A stretch of 64,000 bases of DNA from the NCBI GenBank assembly GCA_951406725.2, contig OX597818.1, forward strand, positions 145,390,001 through 145,454,000. Reading direction: 5' to 3'. Below the pieces are notes generated by a model. That model was given only the letters and a program-made list of their open reading frames with translations, was not told where the DNA came from and made no database searches. A program made the position numbers and the translations under genes. The stretch comes from Octopus vulgaris (taxonomy: Eukaryota). Positions 40,360 to 55,080 of this stretch are shown here, piece after piece (position 1 is the first letter of the stretch; each line of letters begins with the position of its first letter).

Positions 40360-42685
40360 ACTTAGTTGGAAAGGAATGCGTGGCGTTTGATCATAAAATA
40401 TAAATTATATATATATGCATATATACATACACCTATGTACATACCTACATATATATGTATACATGCACATATAGGTACATGACGTCAAAGAAGCGTGAAC
40501 AAAATGAAAAAGGAGAACATAAAATAACAAAAACATGGAATACGAACTTTTTCAGACAACGAAAGAAACAAATAGAGACACGAGACAGGTAATATAAAGA
40601 ACAATGCCTTCATCAGTTGTTTCCTGTTTTATCTACTCCGCGTTTTCGAAGGGAGGGACCAGACATGACTTCGTTAAAACAGTCCTCCGCGCAGACCAAA
40701 TTAAATAAAATTTGAGATTTTTGTGGAGGTTTAAAGTGGTAACATAAACTGGACAGTTAGAACAAAACAGTAAAAAGAAACGGTGAAGGCTGTGAAGTGG
40801 TGAACGCTGGAGAAAGGAGATATGACAAGAGACAGGCAAAAGTAGGTCTTATCTCTTGTAGACCGAGAGGAAAATGATATGCAATAAAAGCAAGTACAAT
40901 CTTACAAAAGGCAGAAACAAAATTCTAGATAAATTTTGTGACTCCATATCAAACTTCCCTTACAGCGAACTGCCACATTCTAAACCCAAATCCAATACCC
41001 GTAAAAGGGAATGGGAAATCATCCACGTGCTACAAAGCAATAATAACATAACAATCAAGGAACCAGATAAGGGTAGTAATGTTGTAATTATGGACACAGA
41101 ATACTACAAGAACTCTGTATCTCATATCTGACAAGATACTGCCTACTATGAAAGAGTAGTCGAATACCAACACTCAAATGCAATGTCCAAATTAAACACA
41201 CTCATTTGTCAACATCAAAAGAACCTAGTGACAAAGGTATGAGGCTACTTAACAAATTTTGATTGCAAAACCAGCAACCTCTACGGGCTTCCGAAAATCC
41301 ACAAAAGTAAAATAATTACCGAAGCTTGTAAAAAGTCCTTCTCAACCTGCATCACCGTACTGCACCCCACTGACCTCAAACTGACCAGGTCTAAACTGTG
41401 AAACACAGATTAAGCAACTTTATTGACATAGTCTTAAAACCAATACTTAAACACATACCAAGTATTGTAAGAGATGACCTGGACCTCCTAAACCACCTCC
41501 TTTAACATGCCAATAAAACATTTTCATCGTTCCTGATGTAATAAACCATTACACCACGATTTCACATCAATACGGACTAGAAGCCATTAAATTCTGTTTA
41601 GAAAAATACCCCCATTGAGGTCCCGGAAAAAATAAAAGAGAATTTATCATCGAGGGCCTTAAAATTATCCTCCAAAACAACTTTTGAAAATTTGATAACC
41701 ATAACTACAAACTTAAATCAGGTACTGCGATGGGTACTAAAGTTGCCCCACCTTATGCTAATCTGGTGATGGCCTACCTGGATATACAAATATATGAACA
41801 ATCCAAATTAAAATACAGCCTGTTTTTCCACAAATACCTGTTGGAGAATTGGAAACGCTACTTGGATGACTGCCTCATTCTATGGTCTCACACATTCGAC
41901 CAACTCAATGAACTCAAAAATTTAATCAACAGCGTCAACAACCATATCCAATTTACAATGGAATATAGTCAAGACCAACTCCCATTCCTAGATATCCTAA
42001 TTGTAAAAAAGGTTCCAACATTGAAACTGATATCCACTACAAACCGACTGATTCCAAACTATACCTCCTGTTCCCCTCCAACCACCCAAAGCATACGAAG
42101 ACAAATATTCCCTTCAATCTAGCGAGAAGAATCAGTACAACTGTTTCAAATTATGAAACGCGAAATAAAAGACTACAAAAACTGAAGGATATTCTTCTCG
42201 AAAGACTGTATCCAGGATCATTAGTTGACAATAGAATAGAACAAGCTAAGACAATCGATATCCAAGACTTACGAAAACCAAAACGCACTCAAGGTACATT
42301 AAATAGTCTCCCATATCTCTCAACACACAAGTCAAGAAATACAGAAGTTTACACGATTATATACAAGAACATCTCACTACTGAGTCAAGACCCATGTTTA
42401 AAAAAAAGCACTCGAAACCCATAAAAGAAAAAAAGCAAGAGACAACCAACATCCCTAAAAAATGTACTCCCCAATGCAAAATTACACAACACAAGCCCAA
42501 CACCCACAGTCAAAAAATTTGGTCGCTCTAATTGCGGGGCCTGTATCCATCTCATTGAAGGAACAGTATATAAATTCCAATCAGGGCACACTCTTGTCGT
42601 AAAAAAATAACTTCACCTGCGCATCTAAAAAGTTACTTTATGTCATTAGATGTGAATGGTGTCACAAAGACTAAATAGGGCAAAA
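40360..42685 (+). mobile_element. Decayed Penelope-like element (RT, Cys-rich linker, start of GIY-YIG) with probable inverted 5' pLTR
   Basis: ITIKEPDKGSNVVIMD, YGLPKIHK, GTAMGTKVAPPYANLVM, WKRYLDDC, LPFLDI, IHYKPTDS, IPFNLARRI, NCGACIH, NFTCASKKLLYVIRCEWCHKD*IGQ. Confidence 0.9.
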
Positions 42686-44440
42686 GTTTAGGGTATTCTT
42701 TCGTGACATCGACAATGGTTTCATCTACTCTATTGCAGATGCGGCACAGCGGAGATACTTGCACATTCCTAAGGTTGACCCTCCAGTCCGTGCCCAAAGC
42801 TTGGTCATGCGCTGCCAGTACAATGCTCTTGGTCTCTTTTTTAGGGTTCCTTTCATCAGCCAATCCCACCTATTTTCTCCAGCAACTTGTGTTGTGGCTG
42901 CATGGAATTGATTGTGTAATCCCTTCTTGTGTAATTCTGCTTCCTGTCCTTTTTGCACTTCTTCCTTTGTTGTTCCTTTTTTCCCTGCTTTCAATAATCC
43001 CTCGTTCCTAACTGTCACTAGCAACGTTTCCTACTCTGGGCTTAATATCTCATTAAGCTCTCGAATTCGATACGCACACAATCTTCCACACTTATCAGTC
43101 CTCTTCCTCCATTTGCTCCCTTCATGTATAGGTGATCAGTGTCTGCACGTCGATGCTGGGTTCCATGCATCGTTAGAAGCTTTTTTGACTTCCTGTCCAT
43201 CTCCTTTAGTTCCTTTTCTGTCCACTCCAGGATTGCAGTGCCATACCGAACTACTGCGACTGCGCGCGAGTTTATTGCCGTAATTATGTTTCTGACATTT
43301 TGCTTTGAAGCCAATATTTTTCTCACCCGCCGTAGGTATTCTCTTTTTGTCTTTTCCTTCATGTCATAGTTTTTGATTCCATCCTCAAGTATTCCCATGT
43401 ATTTATAGCTGGATTGAGGTTGAACTGCTTTCATCACTTCATCATTTGGCAATCGTATGCCTTCTGTTCTGAAAAGCGTTCCTCTTCTCATCACCATCGT
43501 CGCACATTTTGAGAGTCCTAACTCCATCTTAATATCATTGGAGAAAATCCGCACAGACTGGACAAGGCTGTCCAGTTCTGCCTCAGTTTTTTTGTGAATA
43601 GATCGCCCATATATAGCAAGTGATTCCGTTTTCTTCCCAGATCATACCCCAACTATAGTATTTACTTCCAGGGGAAGATCAGTGTGGGCATATGGCCCCT
43701 TGGAAGATACCTCCCTTGATTTTCACCTCTCTTAAAACTTGACTCCATGCTGCCAATTCCGTTTTCCAGCATCTCATATTTTCTGCTAATACATACAATT
43801 TCCATTGTTTCATTATCCAGGAGTGTAATATCATATCATATCATATCATATCATATCGTATCATATCATATCATATCATATCATATCATATCATATCATA
43901 TCATATCATATCATATCATATCGTATGCTTTACGATAGTCAACCCATGCCATGCTCAGGTCTGTGTGCCTTCTCTTGGCAGTTCCTGATAATTTGATTAT
44001 CAATTAAGAGCTAATCCTTCATCTCCTGGCTTCTCTTTCGGTACCCTTTCTGTTTGATAGGTAGCAGCTCACTGTTTTCCAGGTATCTGTACAGTTCACC
44101 GGCCAACGCACCTGACATTAGTTTCCACATTAGCGGAAGGCACGTTATTGGTCTAAAGTTGGATGCAACATTTCCCTTTTCTGGATCCTTGGCACACAAC
44201 AATGTCTTTTCCTTTGTCATCCAGCTGGATACGGTGCCTTTCTGCATGGAGCCCTCTCAGTTTCTTCATCCAATAACCTTGGACCCCATCCGGTCCTGTG
44301 CTCTTCCAATTTGGGAATATTTTTAACTGCTTTTTTTATCATTTTATCATGTAGTTATCTTCATGTCTTCTTGGCCTTCTATATTCCTTAATCTGTCTTG
44401 GATTTCATGCAGCCACTCCCGCTTCATCATTATGTTCAGA
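42686..44440 (-). mobile_element. R4/Dong-like LINE RT region, decayed
   Basis: [71 protein letters not shown]. Confidence 0.9.
43829..43922. repeat. (TCATA)n pentanucleotide microsatellite inside the LINE
   Basis: Direct reading. Confidence 0.9.
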
Positions 44441-45040
44441 AAATGTTGGAATTGAACCTTGTCTGCTAGTGCCTTATATTAATTGATAAACATTATTAAA
44501 GTTGTTGAAGCTGAGATATTTCCTTGTTCCGAAGCTGTTAAGAACAAGCGAAATGCCGAATACTGCAAAACTAGGGGAGTTTTATCGTTTCTTTTTTTTT
44601 TCAGTATCTGTATAATCTTTGAACCAGTTTTTTTCAACATTACTTTTTTTTTTTAAAAAAACGATTCGTTTTTGTGTGGATGGATGAGAAATCTTATATA
44701 CTTATTCTTATTGGGTATCAACCTCAACAATTTTTGCGAGCTATTTTCAAATCTCTACTTTTGAAAACAAATCTGTATTTTTCTAATATTATACCTTTTT
44801 TGGCCATTATCAACGCTGAATTTTTGTCTTCTTTTTTCCTTGTTTTCTTTAAACTATTCGAATATTTGCATTTGTGTTTGTTTATATTATACATAGTTAT
44901 CAGACAGGAAGTATATAGTTTGAAAAGTTTTTTCTCGTTTCTCGTTTGTGTTAATTTACGTGTTTAAATACTTGAGGCTTTCCTTTGTATTGATATCTTG
45001 ACCATTTAAGCTTTCGGTAGAAACTTATTGTTATTCATTC

Positions 45041-45141
<101 letters not shown>

Positions 45142-45229
45142 CAGTATTTAAGAGGATATGTATGGTCTTAGGAGATACAATAGCTACAACTAAAAAGACT
45201 TGTCATCCATCGCATGGTCCCAGTGGATA

Positions 45230-45660
45230 AAATGGAACAGGCGTTGTTCCAGAGGATTGCGAGGGAGACGCGCTGGAATAGCCACTCCAACTTCAGGGGC
45301 TTGCCCTCTCCACTCCGACAGCAGTGAGCTGGGATGTAGTCTGGGGGCCAAGTACCCCGGAGGTCTTCACTGTTACAGGATCGACTGCAAATCGGTCAGA
45401 GGATGGCTGATACTTTGACATTTTACTCTTCTCGGCTTGACGAGCAATTAAGACTGGGCTGGCAACTAAACACAACCGCTGGATAAGATGTTGCAGGATA
45501 AGATGCCGCTGGATAAGATGTTGCAGCGTGTGACATCCCAGATAAGGGGCTACCATCACGGAACGGGAGAACTGTCATGCCGTCTGGCCTTCTACCGTCC
45601 TTACAGACCAAACCCCGCTGGTTCGAGCTACAAAGGGGAGCCTTTGATGACACGGCACGA
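45230..45660 (-). mobile_element. CRE-like non-LTR element restriction-like endonuclease fragment
   Basis: RGLVCKDGRRPDGMTVLPFRDGSP...AEKSKMSKY...PVTVKTSGVLGP; contains a 15-bp unit repeated 3 times at ~45476-45526. Confidence 0.7.
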
Positions 45661-46394
45661 TATAGCAATGTCCTTTTTGAATCGATAAAATAAGTACATG
45701 CTGAGCATTGGGGTCGATATAATAGACTAAACGCTTCTCTTAAAATTTCAGGCCTATAGCAGCAACGACTAATATACTTACTGCTAATAATACTATTGGT
45801 TACTATAATTATCAATAGTCTTTGAAATTACGTTTGGTCAGTCTACACCTTCAGAGACTTGAGCGAGTACCTTGGACAAGTGATAGTAAAGATGGAAAAG
45901 GCGGATGTGTGTCACATATTTCCTACGGCTGTCATGACGGACAATGGATACCTATAATCGTTTTTGTCATTTTGTTATTACTATCTCATTATCAATATCC
46001 AAGGTACAACGCTAAATTGCATCCAATTTCCCAATGTCAGACAGTCTAATAAAATGTTACAATGGCTATGATTGAAGACGTACATTAGGATAAGGTAGAT
46101 TTACAGGAATTGCGATAGAGTAGGTTTGCTTACATCAAGGTAGGATAAATTTACCAACATCAAGATAGAGTAGGTCCAGATGCAATAGGATGCTTTATAT
46201 TTGCCTATATAGCTTTGTTTACATCAAGGTAAAGCCTGACGCTCTATTTCCGCTACTTAGAATCTTTCAGTCCAAGTTACTCCGTAGTTTCCGACCTGGT
46301 AATGATGACAAAGACAAATGCTACTACCGTTATTGTTATTAACCTACCATCATTTCTCCTATCCATAACATTACTGAATAAATTATAACACTCA

Positions 46395-46650
46395 CAAATT
46401 TCATTATCGACGTCTGACTTCGTTAACCAATTATCTTCATTCTGGGTGGTCGTTAAATGGTCGAATATATTTCTTTTTTGACCAACTAATCTGGCTGGGG
46501 TAACTGGTGATTTTGGATACATTTCTTTCCAATGTCGATGCATTGATCGCCTGTATGAATTGGGGTTATTTATAATAGATTTGAAGTAGCAGCGTAGGAC
46601 GTTTAGATTCATAAGTTTTGTCCATTTTGTTCTTTTTGAGTTCTTGCTTC
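46395..46650 (-). mobile_element. R4/Dong-like ORF N-terminal (Myb-like) domain fragment
   Basis: KWTKLMNLNVLRCYFKS...YRRSMHRHWKEMYP...RLVGQKRNI...WLTKSDVD. Confidence 0.7.
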
Positions 46651-47459
46651 GTTCTAGCGAATATTTACAATGTGTGCTACTCATTGTTGACGTTGCCTGC
46701 AGAAAAATGTTTACGGTTAACAACTGATGTGTGACATTGCACTAACAACATATACAATGCTAACAAATGATCTGTGAAAATACCTCAATCTTTATAGAAC
46801 TTAGTATTGCTATTCATTAGAATTTGCCAGAGTCTAAGATTATAGGTATTCTATCTCCTTGCCTTTTACTCTGGTTTAACTTTCTATCGAGGTTTTCAGT
46901 GTATTGGCATTGGAAAGGTTTTTCTTTCATTCATTTTTAGTATATTTTAGAAGTCCTTTTTTCTTCTATATATTGTAGCTTTTCTGTTCTATGTTAAGCA
47001 GATATTTTCCTGTACTGTACTTGGTTTACAGTTTGTAATTAAATCACAAAATTAAAAGCTGATTGTGTTATTCATGACACTAATAAGTTTTTCCTTTGCT
47101 TATAAGTAATTTTCTATCATCGCTATTGTTACATTGAAATATTTTTCTACTGCAACAGGCCCTGTCCTCCTTGTGCGCGGATTAAGCATATTCCATCTAT
47201 ATTAGCTTTCAGATGGTGACTTCAGAACGCTGTCACTAATGCGCTGTTCATTTATTTATTATTACTTTTTTTGCTTTAAGTTGATTTTTGTCCTACTTCT
47301 TTTATTATTTTGAAACTGTAGTTTCTAACTGACATCGTTCAGTCAATGGATTTACATCTAATAACTTCTTACTTACACCGAGTTCATTTTCTAAATTGTA
47401 GTTTGAGTTATTCATATTAACATCTTTTATATCTTTTATGATTTTCTCTATTTTTATAC

Positions 47460-47490
<31 letters not shown>

Positions 47491-47566
47491 AAAAAATGGA
47501 GAAAATTATAAAAGAAATTACTATAGATCACCCACTCACACTCACAAACATATATGTATACAGATA

Positions 47567-47653
<87 letters not shown>

Positions 47654-47899
47654 AGACACACACACACACACACATATATATACATACACATACACACACA
47701 TTATACATACATGGTGGCTGCCCCCTCGTTATCGAGTATGGCCATTGTACGAAGCTTTATCAATGTTGTTATCGTGCAATGCCTGTGCAAAAATATTTTT
47801 TTAAAGTGAGGAAAGGCTGTGCACTGAATCAATCCCACTCACTAAGCAACAGCAGCCATAATCCGAAAAGAAGAACAAGTCAACATCATCGGTAACCAC

Positions 47900-48262
47900 T
47901 GAGCCGCAAGTTTTATGTTGGAGTTATTCCAGTTACCTGAGTTACCTTCTCCTAGAAGGATGCCCTAACAAAGGCTAGGAGTCCTTCACTCCCAATGGTT
48001 TAACCGTGCGATCGGGTATTCAGTCCGATTATTTCTATGTCCCCGCGCATGATATAGCCTCAAGACATTTATTGGATGGCTGTTGACTCTCAAGAGTTCC
48101 TCTGCCCTTTGACGGATTTTGTTTTTCATCCCGCAGGGTGTCCAATAAACACCCTCCTCACCAAGCAAGCCCGGTGGGGTTGCCGGTTCAATCGCCGACG
48201 ACACGACCATGCAACAGGTTGTACTGGGTTACATGTTACCAGTAGCACTCGAAAGTGATCTG
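47900..48262 (-). mobile_element. GC-rich retroelement (RTE-like) UTR fragment next to (TACA)n
   Basis: Abrupt GC-rich block with internal hairpins (agggtgtcc/aaacaccct) bounded by microsatellite; family assignment by resemblance only. Confidence 0.4.
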
Positions 48263-48933
48263 ACATACATACATACATACATACATACATACATACATAC
48301 ATACATACATACATACATACATACATACATACAAACATACATCGTATGTGCTTAAATTCTCTGCTTGGAACTAATTAAATGTTGGTTGCCACTTCCAATG
48401 AAATAGCTTCGAAAATTAGCTTTGGTGCATCTCTCTATTCCAATACACATTTTTATATCCTAGCTAAATTCATCAACAGTAATGAGTAGGATATTCAATT
48501 AGGAATTGTCTTTTCCTGTATAATCTTAAGTCATCCACATAGCGAAGACTTAGAGAGTTGGTGTCATCTGGTAAATAAAGGCCCAAGATCATGACCAGCT
48601 TGTTACGAAGCACAATCTTTATATTATTTGTATTATTTGCGAAAGAGACCCAACATTTTTTTTACACTTTTAAATATTCCATACATTTCTACAATAGCAC
48701 ATGCACACGCACACTCAAATACGCGCACACGCACACACACATGGACACACACACACACACACACAAACGTAATACACGCATAGACACATAAGAAATAAAC
48801 TTCTGTGTGTTTATATGTATATGCCTAACTCTCTCTCTCATATATATATGTATTAAATGCATATGTTTATGTATACATATATAAACACATGCCTTGATGT
48901 ATTATACATTTTGATACAATGCTACTGCTGTTG

Positions 48934-48969
<36 letters not shown>

Positions 48970-51619
48970 ACTGCTAAATCATGGTATTGATCTCATTTTC
49001 ATCACCCAAATTTCTCTCAATTAAAATGTGATTTACGCTGTGCAATTGGAATTAGTTTCAGATTATTTTATACTTTCCTTATTTCTTATTTTTCTCGTCA
49101 TAGTTATTCTACTCATGTTAAACATCTGCGGCTGTTTTGATTTAGACTATTCTTGTAATTATTCTTCTACTACACAAGATGATTGTAACTATGACTGCTC
49201 AGTCAAAGAGGTGTCTGAAATTGTTGATAGTTTTAGTTGTTGTTTTTTTTTGTCTGGAGTATCCCTTCATATTACAGTATAATTAATGTTCTTTAGACGC
49301 TAAATAACAACACAAAGAGCAGTGTCAGAGTTTCTATGTCTTGTGTCTGAATTTATTAGAAATAAAAGCCAGATGAAATCGTTTTCAAATCATACTCTAA
49401 AGTCTTAAAATGTGGAGACTTTGGATAGTGTAAATATGAACGAGCAATAACTGAATAACATGTGGGATGGTTACGGCTGGAACCAACTTTGATAATGAAT
49501 CTGCATGGTTATGATCAACATGGGACTAAACAACAAGAGTTCCAATAACACCAGCAACAATAGCCATTCTCCTTAACATAGATCTGATGTAATAATGCTA
49601 ATCACCGCAGCACAATTCCCACATTTTGAAAGGCGTCATATAACAAATGTCATTTTTGTGAAGCTGTGTATTATAGAAGTGAAAGATCGTTGCACCAGTG
49701 GCGTAGTTAGAGTGTGCGCCACCTGGAGCAGCTGCTCTTGAGTTTTCCACGCCTTTCCAATTACTGTTTGGGGTGGACCATTTCCTTGTCCTCAGTAGCT
49801 ACGTTACTTCATTGCACTGAGGAGAGAATCAATCATTGTCATCAACACCTTTCTGACCCACGACCAAAAGACTGAGGAAAAGTCAAAATTATCTGTCTCT
49901 GGGATAATTATAAGTATGTTTACGATCAACAGTTTTTTGTTATTTGTTACGCATAGATAAAGGGGTGTCCACGGCATTCATATGCCTTCTAAGAGCGATG
50001 ATACTGATGTCATTATCTTTCTGCATCACCGTTGAAAGTTCTTACTGCAAGAAAAACATGTAAGAACGACAACGGTGTAGATGGTGTTCTGAATAGTTTT
50101 TCAATTGTAATACATAATATACTTCTTTATACATTCAGACGTGTGAATATACATACATACATACATACATACATACATACATACATACATACATACATAC
50201 ATACATACGTACGTACGTACGTGTGTGCGTGTATGTGTATAAAAAGGGGAGGGTGAGAGACACGTGTACGCGCACCCACACACGCACATACATATAAAGA
50301 GAGTGAGAGACTAAAAAGAAATATCAAATAGAATGTAACTGCACATCAATTATATAGGCATGAGACCCGAAAGAAAAACTGCCAATCGTTGCTACATACC
50401 ACAAATCTTGTTGGTCTCTCAACACAATACTACGTTTGTTCATAATTGCATTCTAAATGAAATGCTGTTAGACGCCTCTTCTGATTATGATGTCACTGAA
50501 CGTAATCGGTCAATCAGCGCAGCAATGGCAAAATCTTTATTACAATCATGCGATCTTACATAGATAGGGACATAACAAGACAGACAAATACAAAGAATGT
50601 TATATGAGTTCGAATGAGACATAATGTTATATATGCATCTTTTCCAAAGTAGATAGGTTAAAAAATGAAGTGGTGGGGTAGTGGGAGGGACACTAGAATA
50701 CAAATAACCATTCTTTACGAACGAAATTTTCTGAGTTACTTTCTTTTCACCGAATTACACTCAGTTCGTTTTTATTATTGCCGCTAGATATAGAGTGAGC
50801 TAGTGATTGTCCTTTCGGAAACTTGTAACCAACAATGTGAGATACGAAATGAATAACATCAAAATGGATTAAGATTCTTAATCAGAAAGCATTGCTTGAG
50901 TAACGTAAATGTAAACCTTGCTGTTGTAGCTGTTTGGATAAGAAGAGGTCCACTTCACTGCAACTTGGATTTGAATTCAAATTTTCTGCACGGCACTTTG
51001 GTCTCACTCTGGTATTGGTTCGACCAAAGCCCCTCGAGTGAACATTTTTAAAAATGAGCGATCTACCGTTAAATTTTCTGTCCTTAAGTGATAGCTGTAA
51101 TTTGTAACACCATGCCACTTGGAGCACGTATGGCTCCAGTGGTGTTCACTCAATTTCAAGCATTCCGACAGGTCCCCTGTCAGAGTAAAACTTCTTCCGT
51201 TCCTCTCACCAACATTGGAAGCCTTGAAAGAGGTCCTGAAACTATGTGGGACCAGAAAATGAGTTATTGATCTATCATAAAGTAGTAAGAAAATCTGAAA
51301 TTAGTTAGGCTGATCCCTGACACAGACCAAAAACCATGTGATTTAACTGCAGTAGCTACATTTTACAGAATGGCTACAAAGTTACTTATATACTGAGTAT
51401 TTAGGTATTTTTATCTTTACACACACACACACACACACACATACACACACATACACACGCACGCACGCACGCACACACACACACACATTATAGACATGTG
51501 TTCAAAGAGTAAGTCAATATGAATTTTACGAGAAATTTGACTCTACTCTCAATATTGAGTCTCCTCTCCCCTTCAATATATATCCGTAAATATTCTTAAA
51601 CCTGTTTATCCTTTTGTTT

Positions 51620-52092
51620 TTTTACATGTTTGAGTCATCAGACTGCGGCTATTTGACACTGGTACTTATTCTTTTTAAGCCTGATACTTATTCTATCGGT
51701 CTCTTTAGTCGAACCGCTAAGATGTGGTGACGTAAATACACCATCACTGGTTGTGAAGCCTTGGTGTGGTGCAAACACAAACATAAATATACAGACACAC
51801 ACACACACACGCACACAAACTCATCACGCACATATGTACGCACACACACACATACACACACATACGCACACAAACCCATCACGCACATACGCACACACAC
51901 ACACACACACGTACGAACGCACGCAGTTACATATATATACATATGACGGGCTTCTTTCAGTTTCTGCTTCATAAACCCACTTACAAAACATTGGTCGGAT
52001 CGAGGCGATATTAGAAGACATTTGCTCAAAGTGCCACACATTGGAAATGAACTCAGAATCATTTGGTTGAGAAGCAAACTAATTACTACACA
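51620..52092 (-). mobile_element. SINE (family of 2560), diverged full-length copy with expanded internal CA repeat
   Basis: Head, body and tail all match the reverse complement of 2560-2910. Confidence 0.75.
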
Positions 52093-52924
52093 TGCTTTAA
52101 TTGATAACCTCGGTTTAATTTCTATATTGATAAACAAAGGAAGAGGATATGGCCATTAATATTCCAATAAGTCTCTGACATACAAACCTTTGCCGCGATT
52201 TGCCTCAAGAAATTTACTAAACCACTTCGTTTCCACAGCCATAACGAAAATGCCACTTCAGCTATCATGGCTCGGATGTTGATGTAAGCCTTCGTTGATT
52301 TACCGGAAATACCTATAGTTTCGATTGCCACTATTTCAAAAGGGATATGTATCTTGTAAAATTTTAGCATTGCCGTTTCTTACAATCGCACGACCACACA
52401 GGCCTCCCTCATTCACTGTCAATATTTTGTCATTTACTCATCAGCCAGACTGAGTTCAATTTCCTTTTCTGAGACAGATTGAATTCTGGAGGATGGCAAT
52501 GGCTAACTACTTCTGTAATATGCTTTCTGCACAAGCCCTAAAGAAAGCAAGCCTTATTGACTTTGACATTTTTCATTGGCTGATGTTTTCAAGTCCAGGA
52601 TACTCGTCATATGCAACCAAGTCTTCTTATTGGTCTCAAATTTTGGCACAAGATCAGCACTTCTGGAAAGTTGATTACATCCAAAGCAGTACTCAACTGG
52701 TACTTATTTTATCGACCCAGAAAAGATGAATAGCAAAGTCGACCTCAGCGGAACTGGTAGACTCGTTAGCATGCTGGACAAAATGCTTATTAGCATTTCG
52801 TCTGTCTTTACGTTCTGAGTTCAAATTCCTTTAAGTACCAGTAAATCACTCGGGTCGATGTAATCGTCCCCCAACCCAAAGTTTCAGGCCTTGTGCCTTT
52901 AGTAGGAGGAATTATTAATATCAT

Positions 52925-54965
52925 TCAGTAATCTTATTTTTATCACTTGCTTTCGCTGCATTACCAAGCGCAGCCTCGGGTATGTGTTGTGTTTTGTTGT
53001 GATGCTCTTATTTTCATTGTATTGAAAGTGTTTTACGTAGGATGTGTGTTGTGTCTAGTAGTGCTATTTTCTGTATGCTATATATACTTGTAAGCCCTGG
53101 AGATTTTGTTATGTATTTATCTGAATGTTTTTTTCTCATCATACCTAATGCGCCTAAGGGAATAGGAATTGTTTCTGATTTTAGATTACAAAATTCGAGT
53201 GAGCTCTATTTCCAAATCTTTGTAGTTTGAAAGTTTCTCTGTTTCTTTTAGAGAAACGTTGTCATCTGCTGGTATTGATCATCGATTAGAAAGCACTTTT
53301 TTTTCTTGGTTGTCTCTGACAACTATATTCGGCCTAGTAGACGTAACTTCTCTGTGTGTATTGACATATCTCAGACTACGGCTGCTTTCTACTTTTCTGT
53401 GACCTTTTCTGGCGTGTGCCTATACCATCTTTCTTCTGTTGTTATTCTATAGTGTTGGCATAGCTTCCAGTGTATGTAGGTTCCATCTCTGACGTGTCTG
53501 TGAATATATTCCTTCTTAGCCAGGACTGGGAAGCCAGAGACAATATGATTTATCATTTCTTCTCCATCACCTCATATTCTGCAGTTGCTTGTATTTCTCT
53601 TCATTATGTGTTTTAGGTGATTTCTTGTAGGAAGGCTTTGATCTTGTGCTGAAATAAAAAATCCTTCAGTCTCTACTTTGAGTTCTAAGCTTCTCAACCA
53701 TTGTTGGGATTTTGCTTTGTCTATTTTTTTTGTTTAGTTTAACCCAATATTTGTCACGAAGGGGCTTTTCTTGCTATCGTTTTATCATGATCCGTTGCTG
53801 TTCCAGGTTTAGTTGGGATTTCAGTTGTTTTACAACTTTTGTTGTTTCTTCCTTTTCTTCATAGTTGTTAAGAATTATCGTTTTTTGTATTTGTCAGCTT
53901 CCAAGAAAGAAAACAGTTCTTGTTTTGTTCGTGTTTTGTGGCTATTTGTATCAGTTTTACTTGCTTCTGAAGTAGGTATTTCTGTAATCCTATGGCAGTT
54001 ATTTTGTAATAGTTTTCTAGTGCTATAAGGCCTCCACCACTTTCAGTATGTTGTATGTATAACCTTTCTATGTCAGATTTTGGATGGTGCAACCTGAAAC
54101 CTATCATTATTATTCTTGTTTTCCTGTCTATTTTGATTAGTTCATTTAGAGTCTAGTTAAGAATATTGTAGCTGTAACTTATAACTGGGACGGCTACTGT
54201 GTTGATACCTATTATCTTGTTTTTCGCATTGAGCTATTTTCAATATTAAGCGAACTCGTTTCTAGTATTTCTTTCTTATGCTGTTTTTCATTTATCGTAT
54301 CTAGTTCATTGATTCCTAAATATTTGTATGTCTGGCTTTGGTCTAATTCTCTTAACTAATTAGCTTTATCTAGTGTTATGTTGTTACATTTAATTAGTTT
54401 TCTTCTTTTCAAGGTTGCTTTGGCACATTTTTCTAAGCCAAATTTCATGTTTATTTCTTTGGTAAATCCACGTATTATTTGTAGCAATGTTTCGAACTCT
54501 TTATCATTTCCAGCATACAATTTTAAGTCATCCATATATAAGACATGGTTGACTGCTTTGCCGTAATATTTGTAGCCACACCTAGTTTTGTTTAGTATGT
54601 CAGATAGCGGTGTGAATGCCAAGTAGAAAAGGAGTAGAAAGAGCATGTCTCCCTCGAATATTCCTCTTTTAATGGGGATGACTTTTCATGAGTCCCTCCT
54701 TTGTCTGGAGCTGTAGCACTGTCTGCCACTTATACCTGGAATGTTTTATATATTTTATAATTATGAGGGCTACTTTATCAATGGCTAGTGTTTCTAGGAT
54801 CCATGTGTGGAAAATACTATGAAAAGCCTTTCGGTAATCGATCCGGGCTATACTTAGACCATTCTTCTTTCTGTGGCTGTCTTCTTTCTGTGGCTGTCTT
54901 CTTTCTGTGGCTGTCTTCTTTCTGTGGCTTTACTGATCAGTAGCTGTTCTTTACAGCCTTATGAG
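52925..54965 (-). mobile_element. R4/Dong-like LINE, ~2 kb from RT to 3' UTR, decayed
   Basis: NHVLYMDDLKLY, MKFGLEKCA, HHPKSDIERLYI..GGGLI, HIVSGFPVLAKKEYIHRH; 17-bp unit repeated 4 times at 54864-54929. Confidence 0.9.
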
Positions 54966-55080
54966 TCATCTGTCAAGTCACAACAAGGAACTCAGACAGA
55001 TAATACTTTCCTTAAGTTGTGTGCTGTGCCCAATGAGGCTGCTTTTTGCAAGACATCAATCTTGCATGAGATTTAAGGGG
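54965..55080 (-). mobile_element. 3' end of another R4/Dong-like family
   Basis: IDVLQKAASLGTAHNLRKVLSV* plus a short UTR. Confidence 0.65.

Noticed and set aside
48140-48190. Twister-like words (taa...caagcccgg...ggg)
   Set aside because: P2/P4 and the pseudoknots could not be built consistently
54864-54929. 17-bp direct repeats (also 15-bp repeats at 45476-45526)
   Set aside because: Head-to-tail tandem duplications without spacers inside LINE remnants; not CRISPR
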